A stretch of DNA of 63,409 bases, filler included, from Microthyrium microscopicum (Eukaryota), in the NCBI GenBank assembly GCA_010405405.1. It is 6 parts of 4 records of this genome, joined end to end, with 100 filler letters (N's around TTAATTAATTAA, not from the genome) between each part and the next. Parts side by side here need not be neighbours in the genome. Positions count along the whole stretch, not along the records: positions 1 to 5,482 come from MU004239.1; positions 5,583 to 8,240 come from MU004239.1; positions 8,341 to 17,656 come from MU004240.1; 3 more parts are not named here. One strand, written 5' to 3'. Shown piece after piece: positions 1 to 14,300 of this stretch. Under the pieces are notes generated by a model. It saw nothing but the letters and a program-made list of their open reading frames with translations. It did not search any database and was not told where the DNA came from. The position numbers and the translations under genes were made by a program. Every line of letters starts with the position of its first letter. The first letter of the stretch is position 1.

Positions 1-3000
1 ATACTAATAAATAATTAGGACTATAATTTATTTTTATATAATAGTATAAATTCTATTATAAATTTATTCTCTTATTATATTACTAACTTCTATATTAATA
101 ATTATTAAGAAAGTAGTAGCTATTTATAAATTAGCTTAGTCCTTTAATTCTAATAGTATATATACTCTAGTAGGTATAAAGTTAATTATTTAAAGTATTT
201 ACTAAAGCTAATAAGTAGTAGTATATAAAATAAGAGATTTACTATTAAGATAGTAAGTTATTTTCTAGTTCTAGGCACTTATTAGGTAAGTTCTACCTTT
301 AAATAAAGCTAATATCTTCTAGATAAAGTAGTTCCTATTATTAATTTATAAAATATAAAAAAACTAGCTTAATTAAAAGAGGCTTATAACTAAAAGATTA
401 CTAATATAATAAATACCTAGTTTAGTAATAATAAAAAGCTTAAGGCTATAGATATAAAGCTATATTTAAAGAATCTATAGGCTAGATATATATTAAATAA
501 TTTATAAAGTAATTATATAGTAAAGACTATTAAGGAGTAATAAGCTTATATTCTATAAAAGAAGGCTACTTATATTACTAATTATTACTATAGTAAAGAA
601 AGTATATTAGTAAAAGGAGGAGGTATATAACTATTTTACTCTTAAAATACTACTTTAAGAGATAATAAAATTAGTATAGAAGCTTATAAGATAAGGTAAG
701 AATAAGTAAAAAGGTAGCTATAGACTCTTTAATCTAATATTTTAAATATTACTTTAAAACTATTTACTTTATTAGTTAGATTTTATATATCTAAGATATA
801 TAGAGAGTACTTATTACTTTAATTCCTTAACTATTAATAAATATACTCTACTAAATTGCTTAATTTCTATCTTTATTTCTTTTTTATTATATAGTTACTT
901 TTTAGTATCTATAATATTAAACTTTTTTTATATTTACTTCTTACCTATTTTCTATAATCTTTACTATATTTTCTTAGGTATATTAAAGAAAATTTATAAG
1001 GTTTATACTTATTTTTCTTTACTATTCTTATTACTACTCTTTTAGTAATCTTTATTTTAATACTTAATAAAGACTATAGAAGTACGTATTTAGTTATAGC
1101 TTAGAGAATAAACTCTTAAGCTAAGTAAACTAATATTATTTATAGCTTATAGTTTAATAAAGTTATAAAGTTATTAATACTTTATTATAGTATCTAACTA
1201 TATTTATAAATTATAATATAGGAATAGGTATTATGTCTTAAATTATAGCCTACTATCTAAGATTTTATACGTTTANNNNNNNNNNNNNNNNNNNNNNNNN
1301 NNNNNNNNNNNNNNNNNNNNNNNNNNNNNNNNNNNNNNNNNNNNNNNNNNNNNNNNNNNNNNNNNNNNNNNNNNNNNNNNNNNNNNNNNNNNNNNNNNNN
1401 NNNNNNNNNNNNNNNNNNNNNNNNNNNNNNNNNNNNNNNNNNNNNNNNNNNNNNNNNNNNNNNNNNNNNNNNNNNNNNNNNNNNNNNNNNNNNNNNNNNN
1501 NNNNNNNNNNNNNNNNNNNNNNNNNNNNNNNNNNNNNNNNNNNNNNNNNNNNNNNNNNNNNNNNNNNNNNNNNNNNNNNNNNNNNNNNNNNNNNNNNNNN
1601 NNNNNNNNNNNNNNNNNNNNNNNNNNNNNNNNNNNNNNNNNNNNNNNNNNNNNNNNNNNNNNNNNNNNNNNNNNNNNNNNNNNNNNNNNNNNNNNNNNNN
1701 NNNNNNNNNNNNNNNNNNNNNNNNNNNNNNNNNNNNNNNNNNNNNNNNNNNNNNNNNNNNNNNNNNNNNNNNNNNNNNNNNNNNNNNNNNNNNNNNNNNN
1801 NNNNNNNNNNNNNNNNNNNNNNNNNNNNNNNNNNNNNNNNNNNNNNNNNNNNNNNNNNNNNNNNNNNNNNNNNNNNNNNNNNNNNNNNNNNNNNNNNNNN
1901 NNNNNNNNNNNNNNNNNNNNNNNNNNNNNNNNNNNNNNNNNNNNNNNNNNNNNNNNNNNNNNNNNNNNNNNNNNNNNNNNNNNNCTAAAGTATCTATAAA
2001 TTTTATAAATACTAGTATAAGTCTATATCTATAGTAGTTTCTATATATTTTTATAGCCTATTTATATAATTTATAGTAATACTTATCTATTTTAATTAAG
2101 AAAAGTTAGAAATAAGTAGGTATATCTTACTAATTATTTTTAAGGTTTAATTACTATTAGTATTTAGCCTTATAATTTTAGTAAGCTAACTAAGAAAGTA
2201 TATTATAGTTACCTTCTATAAGCCTACTAGTTTTAATTAAATTAATCTATTTTAATTATTATTATAATTATATAATCCTACTAATATATATTAAATAGTA
2301 CTAAGGTAACTATAAGAATTTAATATACGTCTATATATATAAAATACTATTTAATATTATTATCCTCTTCTTTATTCTATACTCTCTCTATTACCTACTC
2401 TCTATTTTAAATTTTAGTTTCTAGTATATATACTTTATTACTATTATTTTATATAAAGCTAATATATAATAGAAACTAGCTTTAGTATACTTATTAGATT
2501 AGTAATTATTAGGTAAGTTTAAATCTTTTTACTTTTTTATACTTACTAATAAAACTTTAATTAGAAAGATATAGTAAGTAAAATACTAACTAAATATTCT
2601 ATTTAATTAGTAAAAAAGAAAATCCTTATATAAGTCTAATATACGCTTAAGGACTCTTCTTTCTAATATATTCTTATTAAATAACTAGTAATATAAAGAC
2701 TACTAGATATTTATAAAACTATAGCTACTTTTATAACTAACTAGAATAATCTTTATTATTACTAGCTACTAACTATTATTCCTAAAACTATAATAACTAC
2801 TTTAACTAGTAATACTTTTTATCCTTCTCTATTATTAACTTATATTATATAAGACTTACCTAAGTATTAATATAAATATAGTTATATAGAATACTACTTC
2901 TATATTATTATAGAAGGCTTAGTTACTAAGTTTTTATTAGACTTAGATTTAGGACTAAATCTTTTATATATATTTAAGCTTAATAGTAAAATAGAAATCT

Positions 3001-5482
3001 TACTATTAAGCTATAAGGAATTTAAGCTTAATACTATTTATAGTCTAATTAATCTAATAAATATACCTATTTCTAAGTTCTTTTACTTCTTAAAATTAGT
3101 AGAATATAATAAATAGTAAGTAAATAGTATATTAGGCTAATAACTATATAGTATAAAATTTTTTTCTTATTTATAGATCTTAAACTTTTAGTACTTAATA
3201 TTATAATATAACGCTATAGTTAAGCTTATTTAATAGGCTAACCTAGGTAAATAGGTTAAAGCTAAATCCCTCTAGAAAATTTAATATTTTAAATACTTTA
3301 TTAACTTTATTTTATAGCTTAATTCTTTTCCTTAAGGCATTAAAGATATATTTACTACTAAATTTAATACTTCTTTATATCTTTATAAAAAATTAATAAA
3401 TACTAATAATAAGTAGTTATATTTTAATCTATATTATTTATCTAATATTAATAATAACTATCTACTACTTTTATACCTATCTTCCTTAGTATAGGACTTT
3501 AATTACGTTAATTATTTTAGTAAAATTTTAATATAAATCTAGTTAAAGTACTAGGGAAACTATATACTATTTCTTAATAAATTAATTATAAAAAAAATAG
3601 AGGAAGAAATAGTTAGTTTATATTTAGTATATTTACTATACTAAAGTAATATTATAGTAGAAAGTTAGGTAGAAAGTAGCCTAGAACTTATAAGTAATTA
3701 GGAAGTAAATAGTATATACTATTAAACTATCTAAGTAAGTAATTAGCCTAGGTAAGTAACTAAGTAAACTACTTAATTAACTAATTTAGAGTAACTTAAT
3801 CTTTCTTACTTAACTTCTATATTTCTTATCTTTTCTTCTTATTGCCTTTACTTTATATTATTACTTCCTTTTTTAACTAAATATAGTCTAATTTATAATA
3901 ATAGTATAATAAACTTATCCTTACTAATAGGTTTAAGGCTTAGTATTTTTCTAACTTTCTTAATCTCTTTTTCTTACCTTTAAAGATATCTTTCCTTACT
4001 TTTAAATATACTTTAACTTCTTATAAAGCTCTTCTATTTATAGAATATACTTTACTACTTATTATTATACTCTTATTATACTATAGAAAGTTAAAGAAAC
4101 TTAATCTAGTAGTTAGTATTTTTACTATTTAAATAAGAATAGAAGTAGATAATTTATAAATATATATAGGGCTAGTTAACTTAATCTTATTATTAAAGTT
4201 ACTTCTACTATTATAAATAATTCTTATATCTATTTATAAACTTATAACTACTTTACTAGTATAATATAATATAATTAGTCTATACTTAATAATATATCTA
4301 TAAAACTAATTAATCTTAATATTACTTAACTAAAGTTAACTTAAGACTATACTAAATAAAAGTAGAAATTTAATTAAATTAAGAACTAAAAAAAACTTAT
4401 AGCTTTATTAAAAGTAGAAATATAAGTATATAGCTACTATAAGTAAATAAACTACTTTTATCCTAAATAAAGGTTAGACCTTACCTTATATAATAATAAA
4501 AAAATAGCTACTAATAATTATCTAAATAAAATATAAAGTAGAAAAAGAGCTATAACTCTTAAAGGTATTAAATATAATTAAGCATTATAAAATTATACTA
4601 GTAGTATAAGTAATACTAAATCTAGATAGTAGAAGTATAAAAGTATAAGAATAAGAACTTAAGATTTATTACCTTATATTATTTACTAAGGCCTAGGCTT
4701 TATAGATTAATAAATAAGCAAAAAAGACTAAGGTAAGTATAGAAAAGAACTATACTATTTAGAATATATAGAATATATTCTACTTAGTAAACTACTAGTA
4801 ATATCTTTTATATACTTTATAACTAGATTAAGAAATAGAAATTTACTCCTTAATCTATAATAAGAAAGAGAATAAGAATAGAAATAAAAATAAAAATAAA
4901 GCTTTTTATAAGCTAATAAAGACTTTAATAATTAAGATATTAAACTTATTTTCCTTTTTATAAGCTAACTATAATAAGATAGTTTAGCTATATTTATTAG
5001 AGTATTATAAATAAGTAATATAGTTTATATATACTTATAAGATAATAAACTTTATTTATTTTCTTACTACTAAGAATAAAGAGTAGATTAAATAAGCTAG
5101 TACTAAATACTTTAGTATTACTATAGAAAAGTATAAAATACTTTTATTCTCTTCTATAAGTTACTATCTAGTATATAAAGACTTACTACCTAAAGTATAT
5201 AAAATAATTTTTCTAGTAATTTTTAGGAAAGATACTTACTTAGAGCTAATTAAAGCTCTTATTAATATATCTAATAAGTATTTTATATTAATAAACTTAG
5301 CAAATAGGCTTATGCTTATATATAATAACCTTTACTTACTATTTAGATCTAGTCTTTTTTAAAAATAATAAGACTATAAGTATAGCTAGAAATTCTTATA
5401 TTTCTAATAAAATAACTAAGTAGCTAAGATTATAATATAAGTTAGATCTATACTTTAAGGTAAATTAATTATACTTATTAAA
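1..5482. repeat. RIP-degenerated AT-rich repeat DNA (scaffold 1), family not identified; internal gap 1276-1984
   Basis: CA/TG dinucleotides are nearly absent, TA is abundant and TAA/TAG stops occur in all frames. No diagnostic motif could be recovered with confidence. Confidence 0.6.
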
Positions 5483-5582
5483 NNNNNNNNNNNNNNNNNN
5501 NNNNNNNNNNNNNNNNNNNNNNNNNNTTAATTAATTAANNNNNNNNNNNNNNNNNNNNNNNNNNNNNNNNNNNNNNNNNNNN
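5483..5582. other. Artificial scaffold-concatenation spacer (N44-TTAATTAATTAA-N44)
   Basis: Exactly 100 bp with a palindromic six-frame-stop 12-mer at 5527-5538. The same structure occurs five times in the window. Confidence 0.97.
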
Positions 5583-8240
5583 TATAATATAGCTAGCTTT
5601 TATAGAACTTAATAAGCTTATCTAAATACTAGTACGCTCTTTACTCTTTTATTTATTTCTTTAATTCCTAAGTCTCTAAGGATATAATAATAATACCTAT
5701 AACCTTAATTATAATTCTAAATTAATTAATATTTAAAAGATATCTCTATATACTAAGATAGGCTTACTAACTATAAAAAGAATATCTTTTTATATAGATT
5801 ATAGATTCTATATTAAGTATTTAATAGCTATTAAAGCTTAAGATTCTAAGAGCTTATAAAGCTTATAAAGCCTAAGAACTTAGAATAAAGTAACTCTATT
5901 AGCTAGTAGAAAGTTAATTTCTAAGCTTAGATTAATTAAGTCTATTAACTTTTAAAACTTTTACTTTCTTTACCTAGGTATATTAATAACTACTTCTTAT
6001 CTAGGTATATATCTTACTAATTTAGGTAGTTAATTTACTATATTCTCTTATAATTATAACTCTTTAACTTTTTTAATTTCTTTAATCTTCTTAATCTTTT
6101 CTACTTCTTTAATCTCCTTAACCTCTTTTACTTCTTTATAATAATACTAAAGAGGATATTTAATTAGTATATATACTCTATAGTAACTTATATTAATTTT
6201 AAACTTAGTATAAATAAACTTTATTATTATACTCTCTATTTAGAATAAGCTTATATTATACCTTAGTAAGTAAGTTTAATCTTTTTATTCTTATCTATTT
6301 ATACTTAGTATTTAATTATTTTATTAACTAAATAGAATTACTTTAAATCGTATTCTCTTCTTTTATTTATATATTTATATTAAATAGCCTTATTAATTAA
6401 GTTACTAACTAGATATAAGATTAAAATATAGTAAGATAAATAACTAGTATATAGTAGTTATAATAAATACTTTCTTAAGTTTCTTATTCTAGTTAAAACT
6501 AATTATATTTAGTCCTAAATACTAAGCTAATATAGGTAAAAAGCTATATAAATACTTACTATAAACTAATATTAGTAAAAAGCCTACTAAGGATTTCTTT
6601 TTAAATAATATAATTTACTAGTTTTAAGTCTCTTTATTAGTACTAGCTAAGATATATTATTATATATATAGACTTAGATTTAATTAAGAGGACTAGGTAT
6701 TAGTAGTATATAGATATTATTTTAGAATATAGATACTATATATTATTAGCGTTAACTACTTTCTTAGTATCTATTAGGCCTATTATAAAGGAGCTACTAA
6801 ATAGGCCTACTTTATTCTCCTTATAGAGAAAAACTAAGTACTATATAGTTTTTAGAATTAAGCTATTAAAGTATAATTTAATAATATTTTACTTAAAGTT
6901 ATAAAAGATATATTATATTATAAATTTATACTAATAAATAATAATTAAACTTAGGGTCTTAAGAGTAAAAATAAATATACTATAGAATTATTTAAGTCTA
7001 CTAAAGATAAGCATATTATCTATGCTAGTAAGAACTACTTCTAGAATATTAGTTATAACTTTTCTAGTACTATTAGATCCTTTAAACCTTAAGAAGAAAA
7101 GCTATTCCTTAGTAGTAATAATATAGGCCTTTTACTTAAAGATATAAAATTAAAATTAAATAGTAAAACCCTTATTTACCTTTATTAGTAGCTAAAATAG
7201 TATTAAGGAATTAGAGAAGGTTCCTTAAGTTTTCTTAAAAGTACTAGAAAAATTCCTTATTTTAGAAGTAATTAAGCTACCTAAAATACTTATATATATA
7301 TCTTTATTAATTTATCTACTATCTTAGGCTATTTACCTACTTACTTTACTATTATATACTTTTTTATACTAAAATTTTAAAGGTAATAGATAGAGTAGCT
7401 ACTTTAAATAAGTATATATATAGATATTATAAAAAGTTATATACTATTACTTTTTCTAATATTAAGTAATTAAAGTACTACTTTATACTTAGCTTCTATA
7501 CTACTAACTTACTTACTCCTACTTTCTATTCTTTAAAATATTCTATTATTACTATTATTTACTACTTTATTTTTTTCTTATTATTATAACTTAAAGTACT
7601 ACTTATATAATAACCTAATTTTATTACGTAATCTAAATATAATTATAAGTTTAAAGTATTACTATATTTAGCCTATATAGATACTTAGGTATTCTTAAGT
7701 ACTTAATCTACCTAATTTTTAAATATAACTCTTAGCCTTCCCTTATATTAAGCCTAGTTAGTAATACTTTATAAATTTCTTAATTACTACTAGTCCTTTT
7801 CTAGTAAATTATTATCTTAAAAATAGTTATATTTTATTCTTTAAGCTTTATTTATTATTATAATATACTTATACTTATTATTTATATCTTTCTTACTTAT
7901 TATTACCTTAGTACCTATATAATCTAAATTATTATAAGTAAGCTATTAATATATAGGCTAGAGCTATAAATTAATTAAATTCTTTATACTTCTAATCTAA
8001 AGCTTAAAAATAATCTATATAAGTTTCTTTAGAGTAGCTCTAATAATACTTTAGTATATGTTAAGAGCTTTATACTAGAGTAGTTTCTTTATCCTAATAA
8101 GCTATTATCTTTCTTTTTACTTTAGACTTATTAATCTTATTAATATTCTTATAAGTAATAACCTTAATTTATATAAAAATATCTTTTTTATTATTTTATT
8201 ATTTAAATTATAAATCTATAACGCCTTATAGAGTAGTCTA
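5583..8240. repeat. RIP-degenerated AT-rich repeat DNA (scaffold 2), family not identified
   Basis: RIP dinucleotide signature, no open frames and no recognisable motif. Confidence 0.55.
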
Positions 8241-8340
8241 NNNNNNNNNNNNNNNNNNNNNNNNNNNNNNNNNNNNNNNNNNNNTTAATTAATTAANNNN
8301 NNNNNNNNNNNNNNNNNNNNNNNNNNNNNNNNNNNNNNNN
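8241..8340. other. Artificial scaffold-concatenation spacer
   Basis: N44-TTAATTAATTAA (8285-8296)-N44. Confidence 0.97.
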
Positions 8341-8435
8341 TAACCCTAACCCTAACCCTAACCCTAACCCTAACCCTAACCCTAACCCTAACCCTAACCC
8401 TAACCCTAACCCTAACCCTAACCCTAACCCTAACC
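8341..8435 (+). repeat. Telomeric repeat (TAACCC)n = (TTAGGG)n, left chromosome end
   Basis: 15 perfect TAACCC units plus TAACC at the very start of a scaffold, with the C-rich strand 5' as expected for a chromosome end. TTAGGG is the usual filamentous-ascomycete telomere repeat. Confidence 0.97.
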
Positions 8436-8570
8436 GCCCCGTTCTCGCCAGTCCTTTTTTCGCGATAGACGAAGTCATTGACAGCCAATTTTCAGTCCTC
8501 CCTATACTGGATCCTCAGAATGGATTTAGCGCACTCGATGGGAGCCATCACACTCGATGGGAGCCATCAC
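8436..8570. other. Telomere-adjacent GC-rich segment that escaped RIP
   Basis: This is the only stretch with normal GC content and abundant CA/TG (e.g. gccagtcc, gtcattgacagccaa, ctcagaatgg). Confidence 0.85.
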
Positions 8571-9372
8571 ACTTGGTAGGAGCTAGCGTACTTAATAGGA
8601 GCTAGTGCACTTAATAGGAGCTAACATACTCGATAGGAGCTAACATACTTAATAGGAGCTAGCGTACTTAATAAGAGCCAACGTACTTAATAGGAGCTAG
8701 CACACTTAATAGGAGCTATTATACTTAATAGGAGTTAGCGTACTTAATAGAAGCTAGTATACTTAATAGAAGCTATTATACTTAATAGGAGCTAGTAAGT
8801 GTAATAGGAGCTAGTACATTTAATAGGAGCTATTATATTTAATAGAAGCTATTATACTTAGTAGGAGCTATTGTACTTAATAGGAGCTATTATACTTAGT
8901 AGTAGCTATTACATTTAATAGGAGCTAGTAAGTATAATAGAAGCTAGCGCATTTAATAGGAGCTATTACATTTGATAGAAGCTAGTAAGTATAATAGGAG
9001 CTATTATACTTAGTAGAAGCTATTATACTTAATAGGAGCTATTATACTTAATAGAAGCTATTATACTTAATAGGAGCTATTATACTTGATGGGAGCTAGT
9101 ATACTTAATAGGAGCTATTATACTTAATAGGAACTATTGTATTTAATAGGAGCTAGTGTACTTAATAGGAGCCAGCGTACTTAATAGGAGCTATTACACT
9201 TAATAGAAGCTAGTAAGTATAATAGGAGCTAGCATATTTAATAGAAGCTAGCGTACTTAGTAGGAGCTATTATACTTAGTAGGAGCTATTATACTTAGTA
9301 GTAGCTATCGCACTTAGTAGTAGCTATTATACTTAGTAGTAGCTATTATATTTAATAGAAGCTAGCGCACTC
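8531..9372 (+). repeat. Subtelomeric 19-bp tandem satellite, about 44 units; ancestral unit ACACTCGATGGGAGCCATC
   Basis: Units start at 8531, 8550, 8569, 8588 and so on. Distal units decay to ATACTTAATAGGAGCTATT mainly by C>T/G>A changes. Confidence 0.93.
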
Positions 9373-11399
9373 TACTACTACTAGATATTTTACTTTTTCT
9401 TTTTTAATTTTAAGTATCTTTACTAACTATATATATAAATATTTAAATATAATTATTAGAATCTATATTGCTAATTATTATATATTATAAAAACTATATA
9501 AAAACTTTACTATTTGTAAATCTACTCCTTTTAACTTATATATATACCTAGTTCTAAATATTTTCTAAGTTTATTATTAAAGCTATAATAATTATTCTTA
9601 AAATCTATTCTTTATAAATATAGCTACTGTTCTTAGATTTTTGCTAGCTAATACTATTAACTAAAATCTAATAATTATATATACTGCAAGGTATATAATA
9701 TATACTATAATTATTTATATTCTTCGCCTAAATTAATAGTTATATTCCTTTCTAAAGCTTAAAATTAATTTCCTTTTAAATACCTTCTTTAATAGCTTAT
9801 TCTTATATATAGTCTGCCTATTTATGCTTATCTTTATCTATAATATTTCTTTTTATTATGTAAAACTTATATCTCTTATCTATACAAACTTATTCTAATT
9901 ACTCTTTAAGCTATATAATATATTATTCTTATATTTAAGTTTCGTTTATTTATTTTATTTAAAATACTATAACTTTTATTACTATTTAGTCTTCTTCTAC
10001 GTAATCTCTATTTTATATAGAATATTGTAAATTAGCTAATTTAGTCTTATTTTCTAGGATATTATTAGTACTTACTTTTTACTCGCTTTTATATTAGGGT
10101 AGTAATAATAAAAAAATAATATATTTCTACTATTATAGTTAATTATACTACTAGTATTTTGTAGTATTCTTAGTACTATTATTTATAATACTTAGTAAAT
10201 AAGAGTTATCCTTATTATTCTCCTTATACTTTATATTATATTTCTTACTATTCTTTTTTCCTTACTTTTGCTTATGTTTTTACTCTTTGTTCTACTCTTT
10301 ATTATATTTTTCTTTATTATTAAGTACTATAAATCTATCTAGATTACTAGATTCTTTATTAGTTTTATCTTTAAAGTCTATAATAAAGCCTCGTTCTTAC
10401 TATAGTTAACTTTTATAAAGTTCCTCTAATATTGCTTTATTAATTTTTACTTATAACCGTCGTAATTTCTTTATAATACTATATAGTAGTAGTTGCTAAC
10501 TTAGTAATATTATTCTTAATATAAATAATGCTTTTTATTATTAAGTTTAATAATTTATAAGTAGAAACTTTTTATATTTTATATAGTTCTTTTTAAGCTT
10601 ATTTATTAAATTTTATCTTAGCTAAATATCTATATTAAAACTATTATATATATAGTATTATATACTAAACTATATTTAGATACTATCTATATAGATAAGA
10701 TAATTTATACTTATATTATTTAATATATATAGTATTTTATTATTATCTAATTAAAGTATAGTATATATATCTACTATAACCTTTAGCCTAGTGCTTCTTA
10801 GATTACTATTTAGCCTTATATATATCTTACTATATAATTATATATTTTTTAAACTTTATTATAAGTTCTACTATTTAACTATACTTAATCCTATATAATA
10901 TTCTTTTACTCTCTAACTATATCTACTTTATAGCTTTTACGTTTATAATTCCTTCTTTTTATATTTCTTCTATTATTTAAGTAGAAGTCTTATTTTAATA
11001 AATATATAATAATATTATAATAACTCTAATAATAAGCTTACTATATTAATAGATCTATATATCCTCTTAGCTAGATTTCTTTTTAAAATAACTATATTCT
11101 ATTAAAGTCTAGCTATTATAAAGTTCTTATAGCGTACTATATACAAAATAATATATAAGTAATATCTATATAGCTTATATATTTTTTTTGTCTTTATAAG
11201 CTTTTCTAGCCTTAGCTACCTTCTTTTTAATTAATTAGGCGTCTAGTCTTTAGTAGCTATTTAATATATAGCTCTAATACTCTTATAATAGTATTCTTTC
11301 TCCTTTCTTACGACTTCTAACTACTACGTAAAACTAATAGTTAATGTTTTTCTATTTTTAAAATGTATTTACTATTCCTTGCTTCTTCTTAGTAATTTT

Positions 11400-14300
11400 A
11401 TTATTCTTTTGTTGCTTTTCTTATACTTAGGCTCTTTATAATAACATAGCGTATTTAAAGTCGTTATAATCTTTTTCTAGAATTTATATAAACTCTTATT
11501 ATATATTATTTATAATTTAATCTTATTTTTCTAGAAACTAATAGAGTTATATTCACTCTACTATTATAATAGATTAAATAGATAAGTTTTACTAATATCT
11601 TTATTATACTTATTTATTTTTACTTAAACGAGCTACCTCTCTTTTACGTTCTTAGTATTTAGCGTTATAGTTATTATATCTCTTTTTATCTTTTTAATAT
11701 TATTATCTAGTCTAATCGCTATTAAGTACTAAGTTAATTATACGTTGCTAATAGTGCTTAGTTTAAATTAACTCTACTATATTCTTTTTAGCTTACTTAT
11801 CTAACCTATTTTATTTCTTTTCTTAAATATTCTTTATAACTTAATATAATATAATTACCTTACTTAGTTATCTCTACCTTCCTACTTATCTACTTTCCTA
11901 TATATAGTTTTATATTATTCTTATTCTACCTTAATATATAACTGTACGAACTAGTAGCCTATTAATACTTACCCTTATTATATTTAAATAAATAAATACC
12001 TATGTGCTTCTCTATATTAATTACTCTAATGCCTTCTTCTTTATATTCTCTAATAACGTCTAATAATAATACACTACGCCTAATATATTTATTATCTTTT
12101 AAATTATTCCTATAGACTTACTAATATATATAATAATCTTCCTTTACTCTTCTTTATACTTAACTAATAACTTATTTACTACTAACTTTAAAACTTTTAT
12201 CTCTTTCTCCTACTTCTAGTTCTATCTTTAAACCTTATATGTAATATTTTTACGTACTATTAATTTTCGTAGCTATATAATATTTTCTAGATTAATACTT
12301 ATTAAACCTATTGCTTATTTAAATATTTCTTTATTCTTTAGTAGCAATGTTGCTATTAAGTAAACTATTTATATCTCCTACTTAATTAATAGCTATAAAT
12401 CTAGTATTTTTTCCCTCTACTTCTTTAGTACTATAGTATCTAATATTATATAATACTTATTAAATATAATCCTATTTAACTAACTAATCTACTTTTACTT
12501 AGTTAAAAACTATAAAAAAGCCTCTTCTATAGCCGCCTCTAGTGTTATAAAAATAATATTTACCTAATTTTGCTAATCTTTAGAGTTCTACTTTATAGTA
12601 TTAATCTATAAATCTCTATATCTTATTATTATATTCTTCTCTAAAGTAATAAATAGAATAATAATAATAGTTATACTTTTAACTTCTCTACTTTTATATA
12701 ATGCTAGTAATATAAATAATAAACTTTTACTTCCTCTTATTTTTATAATTATAATAATAGAACTTTTTCGTAATATAACTATTTTAATCCTTTACTCTTA
12801 AATACTCTAAAACTTTGTATCTTTACTAGCTAACTTTTTTAACTATATATTTATATTAATTTAATATAATAATAATTAGCGTAATATTATACTATTCTCT
12901 ATACTTACTTTTGCTAAGGTTTATATTCTTTTCTTTTTTAACTGCTATTCCTTTTTAAGTATAGATAGTAATAGTAATACTTTATACTAAGTAGTACTTA
13001 CTTTTCTAAATGCTTCTCGCCTAGTATATAATGTACTAAACGCCTTATTATAGCTATATATATACGTTATTACTAATATTTACGTATTATAACTAGCTTA
13101 TTTATTAGCTATTAAATTTAATTCGCTTATACTTACCTCTATTCTAGTTTTTAATACTTCTTCTATTCCTAAACCGCCTTTCTACTTTATAATTATATAT
13201 TCTACTAATCTATCTTTAATATACTTACGTATAATTATAATATATATATGTCGCTATATTAATATTGTTATTTATATACCTAGATGCTTCTCTATCTCTT
13301 AAATTAATGCTTTTTAAACCTAAATTAATAACTATTCTTTATTTATAAATTCTATAGATTTCTTACTCTTTTATTATAATTAAATACTCTCTTCTTTATT
13401 CTACTTTGCTATATTGCTATTTTTATCCTTTTTAAGTACTATTATGTCTTTTATTTTATTATTTAACTTTTATATCTCTTATTCTATAGCTATATAGCTA
13501 TCTTCGTCTTTTCTTTCTTCCTAATTATTAATATCTACCTTATTTATATTATGCTTCTTTTTATTACTTACTAGTAGCTATAAGTACTTATTCTTTATTA
13601 TTTCTATTCTAGCTATTTCTAATATATATATCTAAAAAGGTTTTATAAGCTATAAATAATAATATAATAATTTACTAACTTCTAATAGTATATATTAATA
13701 AACTACCTTTAAGATTACTAATAAATTAAAACCTTTATAGTACCTAGTAATAAATACTATTAAGCTATTCTTAATAAAAATTTCTTAACGTAAACTAGCT
13801 AGTCTGTTTTTAAATTTTATTATAATAATTTTTATACTTTAGGCTAGCTAGCTACTTATTATATAGATTAGAACTAATAACTTCTTTTTTATCTTCTTTA
13901 TTACTACTTAGTACTTAAATATTTGCTTTTAATCTAGATATACTTTAAGTATTCCCTTTTTATTTAGTATTATATGTAAAAACTTTGTATTAATCTTTAA
14001 ATTAGTAAGTACTTAATTATCTAGAATTTAATAGTCTCTAGCTTCTTTAAGTAATATATTATCTTAAGTATTTCTTCTATTAATTAAAAAATTCTAATCT
14101 TACTATATTTTAGATATATTATCTTCTAGATGTTTCTAGTAAATTATTAGTAATTTATATCGTTTNNNNNNNNNNNNNNNNNNNNNNNNNNNNNNNNNNN
14201 AAACGTACTTTACTAAATAATAACTTATTATCTATCTAGCTAATTACCCCTTAATCTATTATATTATATTAAATCTTTAATCTATATATATATACTTTTA

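Noticed and set aside
1..760. Possible C-terminus of a pogo/Fot1-like transposase (KGGG-like motif at ~613-627)
   Set aside because: Only a short, weak motif is present and no DDE core is visible, so it is too degenerate to call.
8285..8488. ORF-track ORFs encoding (RV)n and (LG)n
   Set aside because: These are translations of the telomere repeat running into the N spacer.
8531..9372. CRISPR-like appearance of the short repeat array
   Set aside because: The units are head-to-tail 19-mers with no unique spacers, in a eukaryotic subtelomere with no cas genes.
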